Position numbers and translations under genes: made by a program. The notes under the pieces were generated by a model, which saw only the letters and a program-made list of their open reading frames with translations, ran no database searches and was not told the DNA's origin. This document shows positions 1 through 12,236 of a stretch of DNA of 64,000 bases, one piece after another. The stretch is taken from the NCBI GenBank assembly GCA_965235115.1, contig OZ249436.1, forward strand, positions 47,430,001 to 47,494,000. Reading direction: 5' to 3'. Each line of letters opens with the position of its first letter. Within the stretch, counting starts at the first letter, position 1. Source of the DNA: Laetmonice hystrix (Eukaryota).

Positions 1-202
1 ACATCTTTTACATACTCAATCTACAATTTACTTCCCAAAGCACCACGACATCCAGTATAATCAGTCTGTTCCATGGATGTTACGAGATGTTACTCAACTG
101 AAAAATTACTAGGTCAGCTGTTCCCAACATTCCCGCAGGCGTAGATGACCCCTAAAGGAGACCTAGGGATCAGAGGTCATGTCAAGGTCAGAATGGTCCT
201 AC

Positions 203-367
203 CTCTTCGGACTCGAAGACGTGACAGAGAATCTTGGACTGTTTCTTACGGCGGAGGACCTCGTCCCCGGGGCTACAGAGGGTCCGGCGCCGGGCCATGA
301 TCACCACGATGTCTCCAATATCGGCGATGTACGAGATCGTACGGAGAGCGTGGTCCATCATGATCTC
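203..367 (-). CDS. APBA1: X11/Mint (APBA-family) exon, second half of PTB domain
   Basis: cag|GAG...GAG|gtagga, 165 nt, phase 0-0. Encodes [28 protein letters not shown]...[11 protein letters not shown], matching the X11 PTB motif [18 protein letters not shown]...ICHVFESE. The symbol denotes the family (APBA1/2, X11L, lin-10), not a specific orthologue. Confidence 0.95.
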
Positions 368-644
368 CTGCCGGTCCAAAACAACATCATCAACATCATC
401 AACATCAAACATCAAACATCAACATCAGACGTCGACATCGAACAGCCAGCTCAGAAAGTCAGTACTGAAACGGACCAATTTGTCTGTGTCAATTCTCACA
501 TATAAATGTTTTCCTTTAATAATATCTTGGTAGAATCAATCAAATTTCTCACATATTTTTACAAGAACAAGGAACCCTATCCTGAACTCCCAAGACCCCC
601 CACACCCCCACCCCACACCCCGATTGCTTTCTAATCTATAACAC

Positions 645-897
645 ACGGGGAAAATCCCACTTATCTCGGCGTCATACCGGGGCGAAACTTTCTAAGTCCA
701 ATATTCATCTGTCAGGAATAGGTAATTCCAATGGACCAGCCAGCATGGTGAGCATGGTCAGTGACCGGTAAAATATCACACGACCATTCCTCCGTAATGA
801 TGGCTGTACCATTGACATTACCTACTCCTGATAGTAGCCAACAGAACCTAGAATATTTCCGGCAGGTATGACGCCGCGGTGAGTGCGATTCTCCCGT
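645..897. mobile_element. MITE-like element with long imperfect terminal inverted repeats
   Basis: Left end acggggaaaatcccacttatctcggcgtcatacc; reverse complement of right end acgggagaatcgcactcaccgcggcgtcatacc. Confidence 0.6.
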
Positions 898-1293
898 AAT
901 ATCACATACCATTCTGGGATCAATCTACTCAGTATTAAATCTTCCAGCAGTATTAAAACACCCCTATTTTCACGTATATCTTCTCTTCCTGGTAGGTTCC
1001 CATTTGAAAGGGTTGCGGAGGATGTTCGAGTTGATGAACTACTGGTGATTAGGGCATGACGAGGGGAAGGTGGGTCGTTCTGAGACGGTCCCCAGAAAAT
1101 ATATCACCGGTTTGGTCCGAGAGACAGGGTGTGTGGGGTGATATCCCCCCCCCCCCTCCCCGGCCCGGGGTGGATCCGGCTGTACCAGGGGTCAGGAAAG
1201 GTCAGGGAGTAATAAATCGTCACCCAAGCCGACTGGTGGTCATCCTGTCTTTGTAATGGAGGTGGCCCTACATCCGGTCAGGTGTGCAGCCAG

Positions 1294-1413
1294 AATTTAC
1301 CTGCTGGTAACACATTCCCTCATAAATCCGCATAATTTACCTGCTGGTAACACATTCCCTCATAAATCCGCATAATTTACCTGCTGGTAACACATTCCCT
1401 CATAAATCCGCAT
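1294..1413. repeat. 40-bp tandem repeat x3
   Basis: Unit aatttacctgctggtaacacattccctcataaatccgcat. Confidence 0.95.
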
Positions 1414-2024
1414 GATAACCCCTGCCCTAATAAATCCTCACAGTAACCCCCGCCTCATCTATCCGCATGGTAACTTTCCCACCAACTTCAGTGGTACGAA
1501 CTAAAAATATCTATCACTATTCCTCAACCCAAACATAGTCCCATACTCCCGGTCTGCAGGCTTACAAAAAATCCCTTTCTTATCTCTGCCACCAACCCTA
1601 ACCCCTAATATCGTGGGAATCTGACCATTGGGTAAATACCCCCCCCCCCCTCAGCTTAAGGTACCACCCTACGGGGTCTCTCTATGAACGTAACCCATCC
1701 AAATTGCTCTTTTGCAGAGAGATAATAGTTTGTCTATAGAAGTCGCAAACAGTATCTTAGGTTCCTAGCTTGCATGAAACCTTTGGTTTGAAAGTGTCGT
1801 CATAGGAAAATGTCCTTTTGTACATGTAGTTGTTTAATTTGAGCACATTATATAAAAGAAAGATTTGTGTTAAACTCACTACGTGTTGTACATGGAATCT
1901 TTGATTGAGACGTTAAACAAACACCAAGCAGTAACATGCAGGGGAAGCACGTGGTTTATAAACATTAGTTCATGACGAGTTCCCGGTTCCCCTGGAGCAG
2001 TTCCCTCACTGATTGTTTGCGAAC

Positions 2025-2290
2025 GATATTAGCGACTCCCAGACCCAACACTAAACCCTGAGATATTAGGGACTCCTAGACCCAACACTAAACCCTGAGG
2101 TATTAGCGACTCCCAGACCCAACACTAAACCCGGAGATATTAGCGACTCCCAGACCCAACACTAAACCCGGAGATATTAGCAACTCCCAGACCCAACACT
2201 AAGCCAGGAGATATTAGCGACTCCCAGACCCAACACTAAACCCGGAGATATTAGCGACTCCTAGACCCAACACTAAACCCGGAGATATTA
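2025..2290. repeat. 37-bp minisatellite, ~7 copies
   Basis: Unit gatattagcgactcccagacccaacactaaacccgga. Confidence 0.95.
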
Positions 2291-2380
2291 AATACACGTT
2301 CGTAAACCTACCTTTGAAACCATTGGTAAATATGGATTAGTTAAAACTCAGGAGACAAACTCCCAAACAGAGAATCCTCC

Positions 2381-2537
2381 CTGCTGAGCAAGTTATCATG
2401 TCGAGCTATAAAACACTTTGAAGCTCTACAGGAAAAGCAAAAGTGAAATTACTCAATATAACCAAAAGCTTGTTCAGCTTTCACTGAAGTAGAGCATCCA
2501 TAAAACAAATACTTCATTCATGATACTTGCTCAACAG
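2381..2537. mobile_element. Small MITE-like element
   Basis: Left end ctgctgagcaagttatcatg; reverse complement of right end ctgttgagcaagtatcatg. Confidence 0.5.
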
Positions 2538-2983
2538 ATAGGGCACTCAGGAAAAAACAGAAAGGGGAAAGTTTAGAAACAAAATCCAAACCTACCTCTA
2601 TGTTAGTAATGCCTATGGTCTAGTTTGGATGACTTAGTCTGACTGTAGCGCGCCGTTAATCATGCTTTCCGCAGGTTATTAATCCGTTATCGTGCAAGGA
2701 TTAAGCCATGATCCTAATTTCATGATACCTTACTTATCTACCCGGGTTATTTAATTTAGCATAGGTGACATTAATTTTGACCTGTGAAACTGATCCACCG
2801 ACGTTAGTGAAATCATGACCAAAATAATGTGGGAAAACGTGACTAAAATACCGTGCAAGCGGTTTGATGTCCAATACACTGTGTGTGAGTATCTGCAACA
2901 TCTGCATATACGCCTAGTCTAGGAAAGCCGCGACTATTGCTTAGTGACGTGTTCGGTTAGTTAAGCCTACACTTCCACACTCC

Positions 2984-3000
2984 GTCAATAGGGGGCGCTC
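2984..3000 (+). promoter_or_regulatory. CTCF-like motif
   Basis: gtcaatagggggcgctc. Other CTCF-like cores: 5762-5776 (gccaccagggggcag), 17783-17799, 18129-18146 (minus), 39803-39819 (minus). Motif match by eye only. Confidence 0.35.
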
Positions 3001-3017
3001 ACGGTCCCCATGCCTAC

Positions 3018-3104
3018 CTGAAGATCGGTGTTGAGAACCATGATCTTTTCCATAGAGACAAACAGATCCACTTCCGTGCTTGGCTGACTCTCGCCCTCTG
3101 GTGC
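3018..3104 (-). CDS. APBA1: X11/Mint PTB exon, copy B (APEGESQPSTEVDLFVSMEKIMVLNTDLQ)
   Basis: ctctctctag|GCA...CAG|gtaggc, 87 nt, phase 0-0. Matches the X11 motif APEGESQPxTEVDLFIST. Confidence 0.93.
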
Positions 3105-3164
3105 CTAGAGAGAGGTGTGAGAGATAAGGTCAAAGGTCAAGACAGAGAGAGCGTCCCTACATAC

Positions 3165-3251
3165 CTGTAGGTTGGTGTTAAGCACCATGATTTTCTCGGT
3201 TGAAACAAAGACGTCGACGTCAGAGCCCGGTTGATTTTGTTCGTCCGGCCC
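3165..3251 (-). CDS. APBA1: X11/Mint PTB exon, duplicated copy A (GPDEQNQPGSDVDVFVSTEKIMVLNTNLQ)
   Basis: gttctgccaccag|GGG...CAG|gtatgt, 87 nt, phase 0-0, open frame. Aligns without gaps to copy B. Confidence 0.85.
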
Positions 3252-3471
3252 CTGGTGGCAGAACACAGAGTTAAAAATACACAGTTCATCTCACGGGTTG
3301 GATCCTCACCATAATAACACACCTTTATCTGGGACACCGGTGTGTGATCTTTTGGTTTTTCTTTTTGTGTGTTTAATTTTTCTGTTTGTTTCGGGCTCTT
3401 TTTGAGTTTCTGTTTTGTTTGTTTCTAGTGGGTGTTCTTTAGCTTTCCTCCGAGTACAGGCAACAGGTAAT

Positions 3472-3974
3472 CAGGGCCTAGTTCTTAAAATCTTAAACCT
3501 TTCTTAAAGGGAAAGTATTGCATCCCATTTTCCTGAGATAACCTGTCCTGTCTGCACAGAAATATATCATATTACAACGATCTATCTCATTATGTGTCGA
3601 TTTACTTGTAATAATAGTGAAACTGGAGGACCAATCGTGCCATTCTTGATTGGACGTTAAAAAACATGATCGCCGTTTACCCCAGCTTGTTTCCCTGCCT
3701 GGGAGTACCGGTCCGACTAAACACCAAAACCGACCGAAACTGACCAAAACCGACCGAAGCCGACGACTTCTATGCCATCTGGATATGCCAAGGTCGGTTT
3801 CGATCGTTTTCGGTAAATTCACTCGGATTCGGCGTTTTCTAACACAAGATTGGTAATTGGTTCTCTTTAAGTTTAAGCTTACACATAACGTTGATTCTGA
3901 TTGGCTGCATGGTCTGCTACAATCAGAAATCTAAGTTTAAGCCAGATATTATATTATTTTTAAACTAGGCCCTG
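3472..3974. mobile_element. Harbinger-like non-autonomous element
   Basis: Perfect terminal inverted 12-mer CAGGGCCTAGTT / AACTAGGCCCTG. Internal tctgattggc...aatcaga palindrome and aaaaccgaccgaa sub-repeats. Superfamily assignment is inference. Confidence 0.6.
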
Positions 3975-6309
3975 GTATTGCAGTTTTTTTGGTGTGGGGG
4001 TCCTTTTTATTTGTTTTCGCTCATATCCACATATCCACCTTTTCACAGAGAATTAGGTCAGATTTAGTCAAACATTGTAATGTGGCGAACTGATTGACCA
4101 GAGTGTCTGAAGGAGAGAGAGGTGAGTAAAGAACGCTGCAGGTGTCCCCTACAGGTGCGAACAGGTGTGAGAGATCCACATACCGTGTCATACCATCAAT
4201 TAAATCACTGTCACTAATTAACATGTTTTCTTCACTTCATAAGGGACATCATACATATCATCGCCAACAACAGGTCTAGGTATTTCATTAGTAAGCAGAG
4301 AATATGCATCTAGTGTTATATAAACTGTGCATGTATCTCATATCTGTTACAAATGAGAGAAAACTATTTTTATTTCAACTACCGCTTTAACATTTTTAAG
4401 AATGTTAATGAGGCGAATGAGTTGGAAACAATCACAAAAAGGTATCTGTGTGTCGAAGGTCGGAATTTCAAAGAATTAGACAATATATCTAAATCAGTTG
4501 TAAATTTTAATCGGCATTCAAACAGCCCGACTCGAGAACCAATATGGCCTATTAGTTTTATTGACCGCCAAAGGTACAATTTCCTTTGAGGTACAACATT
4601 TAGAGACATTTAGACGTCATAGCATGACCTACGCATGCAGACTGGTGCTGGTAGTAATGCTACAACATCAAGAATGGTACAAGTTGTCCACCACCACCAC
4701 CGCCGTGAGGCCGAGATGCCATCACTCGAGTATTGTGTATATAGGAGTCTGTCGCTCTAACTTGGAGTAGAGTAACAGTAGTAGTGCAGTGACAGAACAA
4801 TTTATAGCAGGCTAATGGACCATCGCGTATCAACATATTGGATCTGATGCTGGCTGTCAGTGCCACACAGTTGCCCGATATAACTCTCATATCAGCATCT
4901 ACTCGAGTTACGTCATTACGTCATGCATTGGTGCAAAAATTACTCCTATAGAGGATTACTTCTGGCTGTTTTACTATGGAGTTATAAACATTCCATTTCA
5001 AGGTCAAATGTTAAGTGATCTTTACGTCATAACCTCAAACAAGGTTTGCATGACCAGAACGGAATTTGAAATCACTGCAGGCCAAAACCATAAACATGCA
5101 TGGTATAGGGTTGTAAACCAGGAGATAATTTCTATCCGGCTTTTAAACCAAACTTATCAAGATTACACAAAATCTAAAATAGCCACACACATTTATCATG
5201 CTTGCATGGCAAAGCAAGCATAACTGACTGTAGAATGGTGGTTTTTCATCAACTTGTTCGGGTTTTTTTCTCTCCTGTCTCTTTTTAATCGTAAAATTCA
5301 TGTTTGGGTGTTGGCCGCTCAGTACGTATCGAGTATAATACGATCTAGTCATGCAACAGTAGTGACCTCTAGTGGTGAACACAAGAATTATGTTGATTGT
5401 TAGAAGCGTATGGACATGAATAGAGAAAAAGACATTGTAGCATTGTGAAGGTCGTACCTTTTCTATACCCATAAGTTCATTCTGCCAATTGTATGGTATG
5501 CAATGTTAATAATACAGAGTTAAAATTAATAATAGTCACATCAGGTTACCATAGCAATGTCATTAAATATGTATCACATGTTTCACTGAAGCAGGGTCAC
5601 TACGCGTTCTATGTCTAACAACGAAACAAGACATCAGGTGAAAGAAATACTGAACAGACATCGAAAGTCAAAGTGCACTTATGAGACAGAACCCTGACAC
5701 ACGCGGTACACGCCCAACACACCACGTCTTCAAGCAAGGCAGTCTAGTAAACCTCCCACACGCCACCAGGGGGCAGTCTCAGCCGGTCTATGGGAACGAT
5801 ATGGGAATTTTTGACCGGAATTTTTCACCGCCGGGGTAGCTGGGGTTGTATTAACCGTATTTAATACAAGATCCGTAATTTAATGAAGACGGGTCATGGA
5901 GAGGTCTAGGACGTAAAGATCTGTAGGCGTCGTGCCAAGGATCTAGAAACGAGTTCAATCACTCATTTTGTTATATTCTAATATTTGAATAAACAACTAA
6001 TTAAATAATAACCCTTTCCTCCTTCTATCAATTCATTTTTTCCTCCCTTTCCTCCTTGCTACCGTCCTTCCTTCCCTTGAGTTATATATAAAGTTGCACT
6101 TTACCTCTGAGCTAAAACTGTTAAGAACTCAACACGTCGTCTAAAGAACGATATACTGACCTACCCCAACTATTCTTAATAATTCGTCTTGGCGCTAAGA
6201 CAGGACACTCCCAAAAACTCTCAGCCCCAGCTCGTCCATCTTAGTTTTACCAAATTCGCGCCTCTTCCCATAAACTACATGTTTCTGAGATCAGTATCAT
6301 TTTATCTGA

Positions 6310-6744
6310 GGCCTGGTTTTAACTGAACACTACGTAACAACATATCGGATACCGGCGGAGGGATTTCGTCAAAGTGAGCATGCTATAGTTCTAACCACAT
6401 CAGAACGTCACATACGTCATCGGGAAGACAATCCTCGCCGGCAAATAGCGCGCTGTCAAGTCAACCAGTTCAGACCAAGAGAGGGATCGAACTAAAACAT
6501 GGGAAGTCGTGGGTCTCTACCACTCGTAGTTAATTACTCGACACGACAGACACAGTCTGCACGGAGATCAGACAGCGGGGACATGCAGCCAGTAACACCA
6601 GAACAAAGGAAAAGGTTCAACGGATTGGCACAACTTTCAAACAAGTCTTCGATACAGAGGTGTGGCCAGGCCGCTTACCATAGCGAGCTGATAGGCCCTC
6701 TTAGGATAAAAACAGAAAGGCGGATTCACAGTTAAACTAGCGCC
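6310..6744. mobile_element. Harbinger-like MITE with degenerate TIRs
   Basis: Left end ggcctggttttaactg; reverse complement of right end ggcgctagtttaactg. Confidence 0.4.
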
Positions 6745-7041
6745 GAGTGAAGTCAGAATGGCATTGGCACACATAACCAGTCTAGGGCTTGCTTAAACAA
6801 TGATGGAGGACGCTTCATATTGCATCAAACGATCTAGGTCGCGCATGCGTACTAGCTGCACTGACCAATCAAACGAAATCTGCACTGATGCCAAAAAAAA
6901 ATGCTTGCTCAAATAAATGCCGACATACACTTTTCTGAAAAAAAAATATAGGAAAGCATATCCAAAAGCCAAGTAAAGCATTTCCTGGTAATGAATACTT
7001 CAAGCTCGAATTTCACAAGGAAGACTATTTGCTGATCTTAC

Positions 7042-7110
7042 TTCAACTTCGTTCAAAATTTCTTTTCCCTTAGAGAGCTCTTCCTTTTCCTTTTCCTTGA
7101 AGAGCTCGTT
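7042..7110 (-). CDS. Candidate cassette exon of X11/Mint (NELFKEKEKEELSKGKEILNEVE)
   Basis: tgtgtttgttttcag|AAC...GAA|gtaaga, 69 nt, phase 0-0, purine/GAA-rich. Lies between the GRIK exon and the APEG/GPDE exons. No homology recognised. Confidence 0.5.
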
Positions 7111-8916
7111 CTGAAAACAAACACAGCATTGTCTACACCATCAAACGTGGCATCTTTCTCCAGGTATCCATCGTCAACATTTGGCGGTTTGACCTTCTTC
7201 AAAATACTTTAGTGCCAAAAATTAATGCCGAGCAAATAATCTTTCAAAAAGTGAAAATTGATGCGAATTGAAATGCGCTGGAAAGAAAGTTGATCGATTC
7301 CCAGACCACTGTGTGCCAAAGGAAGCAGCAGGGTGTTTTTTTGGATGGATTTTTTAATATAAATTTTTGTTAAAATAGATGTACACATGTAACGTGTCAT
7401 GCAGGTGCAAGCTCTTCAGGATGCTATGTGTCAATCAATTTCTCGGTGCCTGGATACGGCGGATGTTCGGGTGAGAACGAGGCTGATCGCCACCACTGGG
7501 GGCGTCTGGGCGTGGTTTTGTCAGGGTGATTGACGTGGAAGAACAGAAGAAAGTAGGACGTAAGGAACGAATGAAAGAAGACAGAAGTCAGGAAAAAATG
7601 GATAAATGAAGATACCTGGTACTGTCTACCAAAATGCATGACACCCAACGTCTGCACAAACAAGAGAGGTAGGGTAGACATTGGTCACTGTTACACACCA
7701 ACTAGATCATCTTCACGAAACCAGGGCCCAGAGTTAGGCAACTGGTCCAATCCCATCCAAATCATTACTAACCAGTCGTAAAACTCCACATTTAAACTCC
7801 CCACTCACTTTATCCAACACTCACTGTTACTCTTTCATCTGATTGACAAGTTTCCAAGCATCTTTATAATATTTGTTTGCACGTGAAAAGAAGAGAAAAC
7901 CTGTGGTTCTACAGTTACGTCATACAGAGTAAGCAACATCAGACTTTCATGATGTGCCCACAAACTTTCAAATATAGTCCATGCACTTGCACAGGAGAAA
8001 AAAAAACTGACGCAAAAACGACTTGGAAAAAATACATATTTGTGATTTTACAGAAACCGGGTGGAAAAACACAAGTGTCACACGAGAATCGTAAATAATG
8101 CATTACGTCAAAATTACTACGAAAGGTGGATCGACAATTACTGAAAACAACTACGAGGAGGAACATGTTAAGACTTCAACAATCTTTTTCATTAATCAAA
8201 CTTGGTTCACAAATCAAAAACTACGCCTGATCATTATATCTATACGCGGCTAGGAACGTTTAACTCTGAGAATCAAGATTTTAACAATTGTTTGAGGTCT
8301 TAAAAAAAGGAGTTCTAAGAATTGGAATGGAACTAACACAATTACATTATCTATATAATACTATATTAACACAGACACACAAAGTTTATACACATCATGG
8401 GAAATTCATTGTATCGTGTGCAGCTACTTCATGATAATGTACATATACAATGTATGTTAGTCGTCCAGTAACATCCCAACTACTGTTTTACGACAATTTC
8501 AATTCATTGCAATAGCTTTAATTTTTGACTTATTCTCTATTATTTCATCAATTTGATGCAGAAGAAGCAGCCTCTTTTGGCAGTTTGTTATAATGTTCTG
8601 TCAATTTGAAATCAAAACATAAAAAGTGATATGGCGTGAATTATGTTGTGTCAATGCATTTGTAAATAGTCAAGCTAACATATGTTTTAACACGAGATTC
8701 GATTCTTATTCCATTAATTACCGGTATCAAAACGTCATTATGGTTGGGATTAAATTTGATCTGATATTAAAGTATTCAGTTCCCATTGAATCAATCAGCA
8801 GTATTATAACAGTATCTTCCATAAAATCCACGCTGTCAATATATCCTTCTCTATCTCAGAATCAATTCATGCAAATATTCAATGACGTCACAATAACGTC
8901 GTGACGTATAACGTCG

Positions 8917-9070
8917 TACAACCCCACATCCAATCACAGAGCCTGCACAATGTTTTTGAGTGACAGTCAACGTCACACATCATCCTTACGCGGACATTAA
9001 ATAACAAATTATCAGTATTTCGGGGGAGGACATCCATTTGTGCGCTGTGATTGTTGAATGTGGGGCGGTA
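8917..9070. mobile_element. MITE-like element
   Basis: Left end tacaaccccacatccaatcacag; reverse complement of right end taccgccccacattcaacaatcacag. Confidence 0.45.
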
Positions 9071-9499
9071 CACAGACAACACCGGGTGAGGACGACATGA
9101 CACATGGTAACCAGGATCATGCTGCACAGACACCTCGAGATACACTGCTTTCAAACTACATATTCACTATCCGGTATCCTACCACCAACCCACAAACAAT
9201 GCTTGGAAACTTCTTACAGTCCCTAGTCCAAGATATTTTAAACACTTGTGATATTAACAGGTAGTTAATCTTTAATTTGTGAGAACGGCCCCAGTCACTA
9301 AACCCTGGGAGGTGCCCGCTCAACGGAACACTGAGGACTACAGGTGCTGACACCTGTAGGCGGATGCTGACACCATAAACTACAGTCACCAAGTTGTGGA
9401 TCGGTCATTGTTATCGCTATGAGCAATCAGGGCCAGCCGGGTCACTGGGTGCAATATATCTACCACAGTACACATCTACACGTGTCCTGACTGACTGCT

Positions 9500-9544
<45 letters not shown>
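9500..9544. repeat. (ATCA)n microsatellite
   Basis: About 11 perfect units. Confidence 0.95.
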
Positions 9545-9545
<1 letters not shown>

Positions 9546-10522
9546 TTTAGATTACAAGAACCCGCCATCAAACTAGATGTTTCATCATAAAACACCCAGA
9601 TTTTTGAACGATATACAATCAGCCAGACACCGTGCATATTATAATACTTTTTTATATCTCAAGTCCAATCTTGCAGACCTATTTTGATGAAGACCTCCAG
9701 GTAACTGGCATATGTCTGGCAGGTCAGATCCTGGTTCCTCTTCACATTCATAACGTTACCATGGTTACCGTATCATGCAAACGTCGTTTTCTGTGTTCAC
9801 TCAAAATTACGTCGGTGTGCAAAAATATGCATGCATTGTACGGTGTCTCAAAACTACAAACTATTCTCTTCCTGAAGCTGCGACTGCTGCTATTAGAAAT
9901 TTAGATATATTTTCTTTCCCAATGGAAAATTCAAAATGAGGCTTGCGACTTAAATAAGACTTCATTTATGTAAACTGCGCCATGCAGGTATATATGGAAA
10001 CTGGGAAGCAATACTATAAAAGACTTTTTTTCCTCATTTTTGGTAGGGAAAAGTCGGAATCTTTAGGAATCTCGGCTAAGATTTAACAATGAAAGCGTTT
10101 TTGTTCCTGAAGTTATTGCAGCCTACTCACAACTACATATATAAATATTACGACGCGTCTTTAATTAAACGGCTTCAACTAGAGAACAGAGTGTACACAT
10201 GCACACACACATGATAACAGCGTGCAGTAAACAAAGAAAGAACCCCATGGCGTTCTTCTGTAACTAAGTGACGTCAACCTGAACGATGTCGTCATTAATT
10301 GTAACTCTCATGGGGTTTTGTGTACATAGAGTGGAGATAAAGTAAGTGAACAATTCATTCAGGAACAAAAACAAAACACGTCAAATGAAGAAGTGTGATC
10401 TGGAAGGAAAGTGGTGTTTGAGCTAAGAGAATGAACAGTACTACGACATTGTACACTGGTCGTACGATGATATGTAGAGAGAGAGAGCGAGCTGTGGTAG
10501 GAGAGGAGTTTGTGTCACTTAC

Positions 10523-10528
10523 CGAAGC
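10523..10528 (-). CDS. Candidate 6-nt microexon (Ala-Ser)
   Basis: ctaac branch-like site, a CT tract, then ...ctcaag|GCTTCG|gtaagt. Phase 0-0 fits this intron. Sequence signals only. Confidence 0.28.
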
Positions 10529-12084
10529 CTTGAGTTATGTTATTGAGAGGGGATAGAAGAGAAAGGATCATGTATTGGTTAGTCAAGGTGAGTAGTGTAA
10601 GTGTTGGTCAACGTCTCCTCCACAGTGGGTCATTCGTTCAGCACTGATTGCCTTCCTCAATACAATTATTGGTTAGAATGTGTGTCTGTGTCTATGTTGT
10701 CTGTTTGTATTCTGAAACTTGGACACAATGCTGTGGAAGAAGTATGGGTTGTGCCGTGGTCCAATTTTCTCATGTTTTCCATCATAATTATCCTGTAGCG
10801 GTTGAGACAGTTGTTTCCAAACCGGCAACACTTCTGAGAGGTCTCCAGAGAAATGGTAAGAGAAAGCACCCCTCGGTAAATGGTGTGACTCGTCTGTTTG
10901 ACTGGCGGTCTGCCTCAACGGTACGATAATAATATCTCTCATCAAATTATTCATAATTATAAATAATATAATCATGCTAAGAGCTCATGCACACAGACAT
11001 TGCAAGCCTGTTCTTCATTCACCTTAATAAAAATGTCCTCTGAGCATTTTCTTTCCAATGTGTGAAATAGTTTCCTACTTCTACCCAGATTTCCAACTCA
11101 AGCTACTAAAGCTTTACCCTCTCTCACTCAACATGATAGAAAACATAAAAACGAAAAAAAATTGACTCAACAATACTTTCCTTATTTACTGTTTTGCTTC
11201 AAGTACCAGTTTGAAATGAACATAAATCTAAAATCTTTTCCTTCTAAATAAAACGATCAAAACAAAGCTGTAAGATTATGTGCAATCATAATTTCTTCCA
11301 AAACCAGAGAAGGTAATCTCACGTAAGATACTCAAAAATATAAACTTGCAGAAGCGCGCCAAAGCCACTTTTCTATCTCTCCTGCAATAATTTCCATGAC
11401 AGTAAGAACTAGGAAGAAACTTTCAGCCACAATTAAACAACTTCTGCAGCAATTCCTTTTGGATACAGTGAATTCCGCGGCGCGTATCCTACCCTAAATC
11501 TCTCCTTCATTTGCTGCAGGTATTGCTAGAAGAAATGTCAAGATTTTTATTATTCTTCTATCCTTGGGGTCTGATCACTACTTGTGGCGAGGAAATGAAC
11601 CACACGTAATTAAAATCATAATTAAATTCATCTTTCTTTCGCATAATTCTGGCCCCCAAACATGAACCAACCCCTGATTTTATATTTCATGTTGCTGCTA
11701 CTACAAATTACAAGGAATGTAGAAGTTTTAATGTTCCATCGACATTGATTTAATTTAATTTGACCCCTTCCTATGACAAACCCAAATGTAGCGGTGTACA
11801 ACCGATACAACATGATTTTGAGGGTTCCAAATTGGTAAAATCAGGCTCTTATCCTGGATGAAATTCTTGAAGTACATTTCACTTCTAGCAGAACTACCGC
11901 ACCTGGAAAGTGAATTCCTTCATAAAAAAAAGTCAAACTAATTGCTCTAGATATCCATGGATGTCGCAGGTCAATACGCACATGTTACATACAACACCTA
12001 TGCGCCAATTGCCGACCAAGACGTCTACTTTGAAGTTTTAGTATTTAAAAAAAGAGTAAAACTAGATGAAGTAAGATGTATCAC

Positions 12085-12236
12085 CTTGATCCTGCCGACA
12101 GCCTCCTGGGCTTGCATCATACGCATGGCCTTGGATGGGGCACCCTCCGAGATGAGCTGGGTTGACCCGAGGTAGCGGGCACGGAACAGCACACCCTCTA
12201 TTAGAACTGTGTTACCGTCAACATCACGGAGCGTCA
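12085..12236 (-). CDS. APBA1: X11/Mint exon, start of PTB domain
   Basis: ccctcggcag|TG...AAG|gtgata, 152 nt, phase 1-0. Encodes [50 protein letters not shown], with the YLGSTQL and RMMQAQEAV signatures. Confidence 0.95.
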
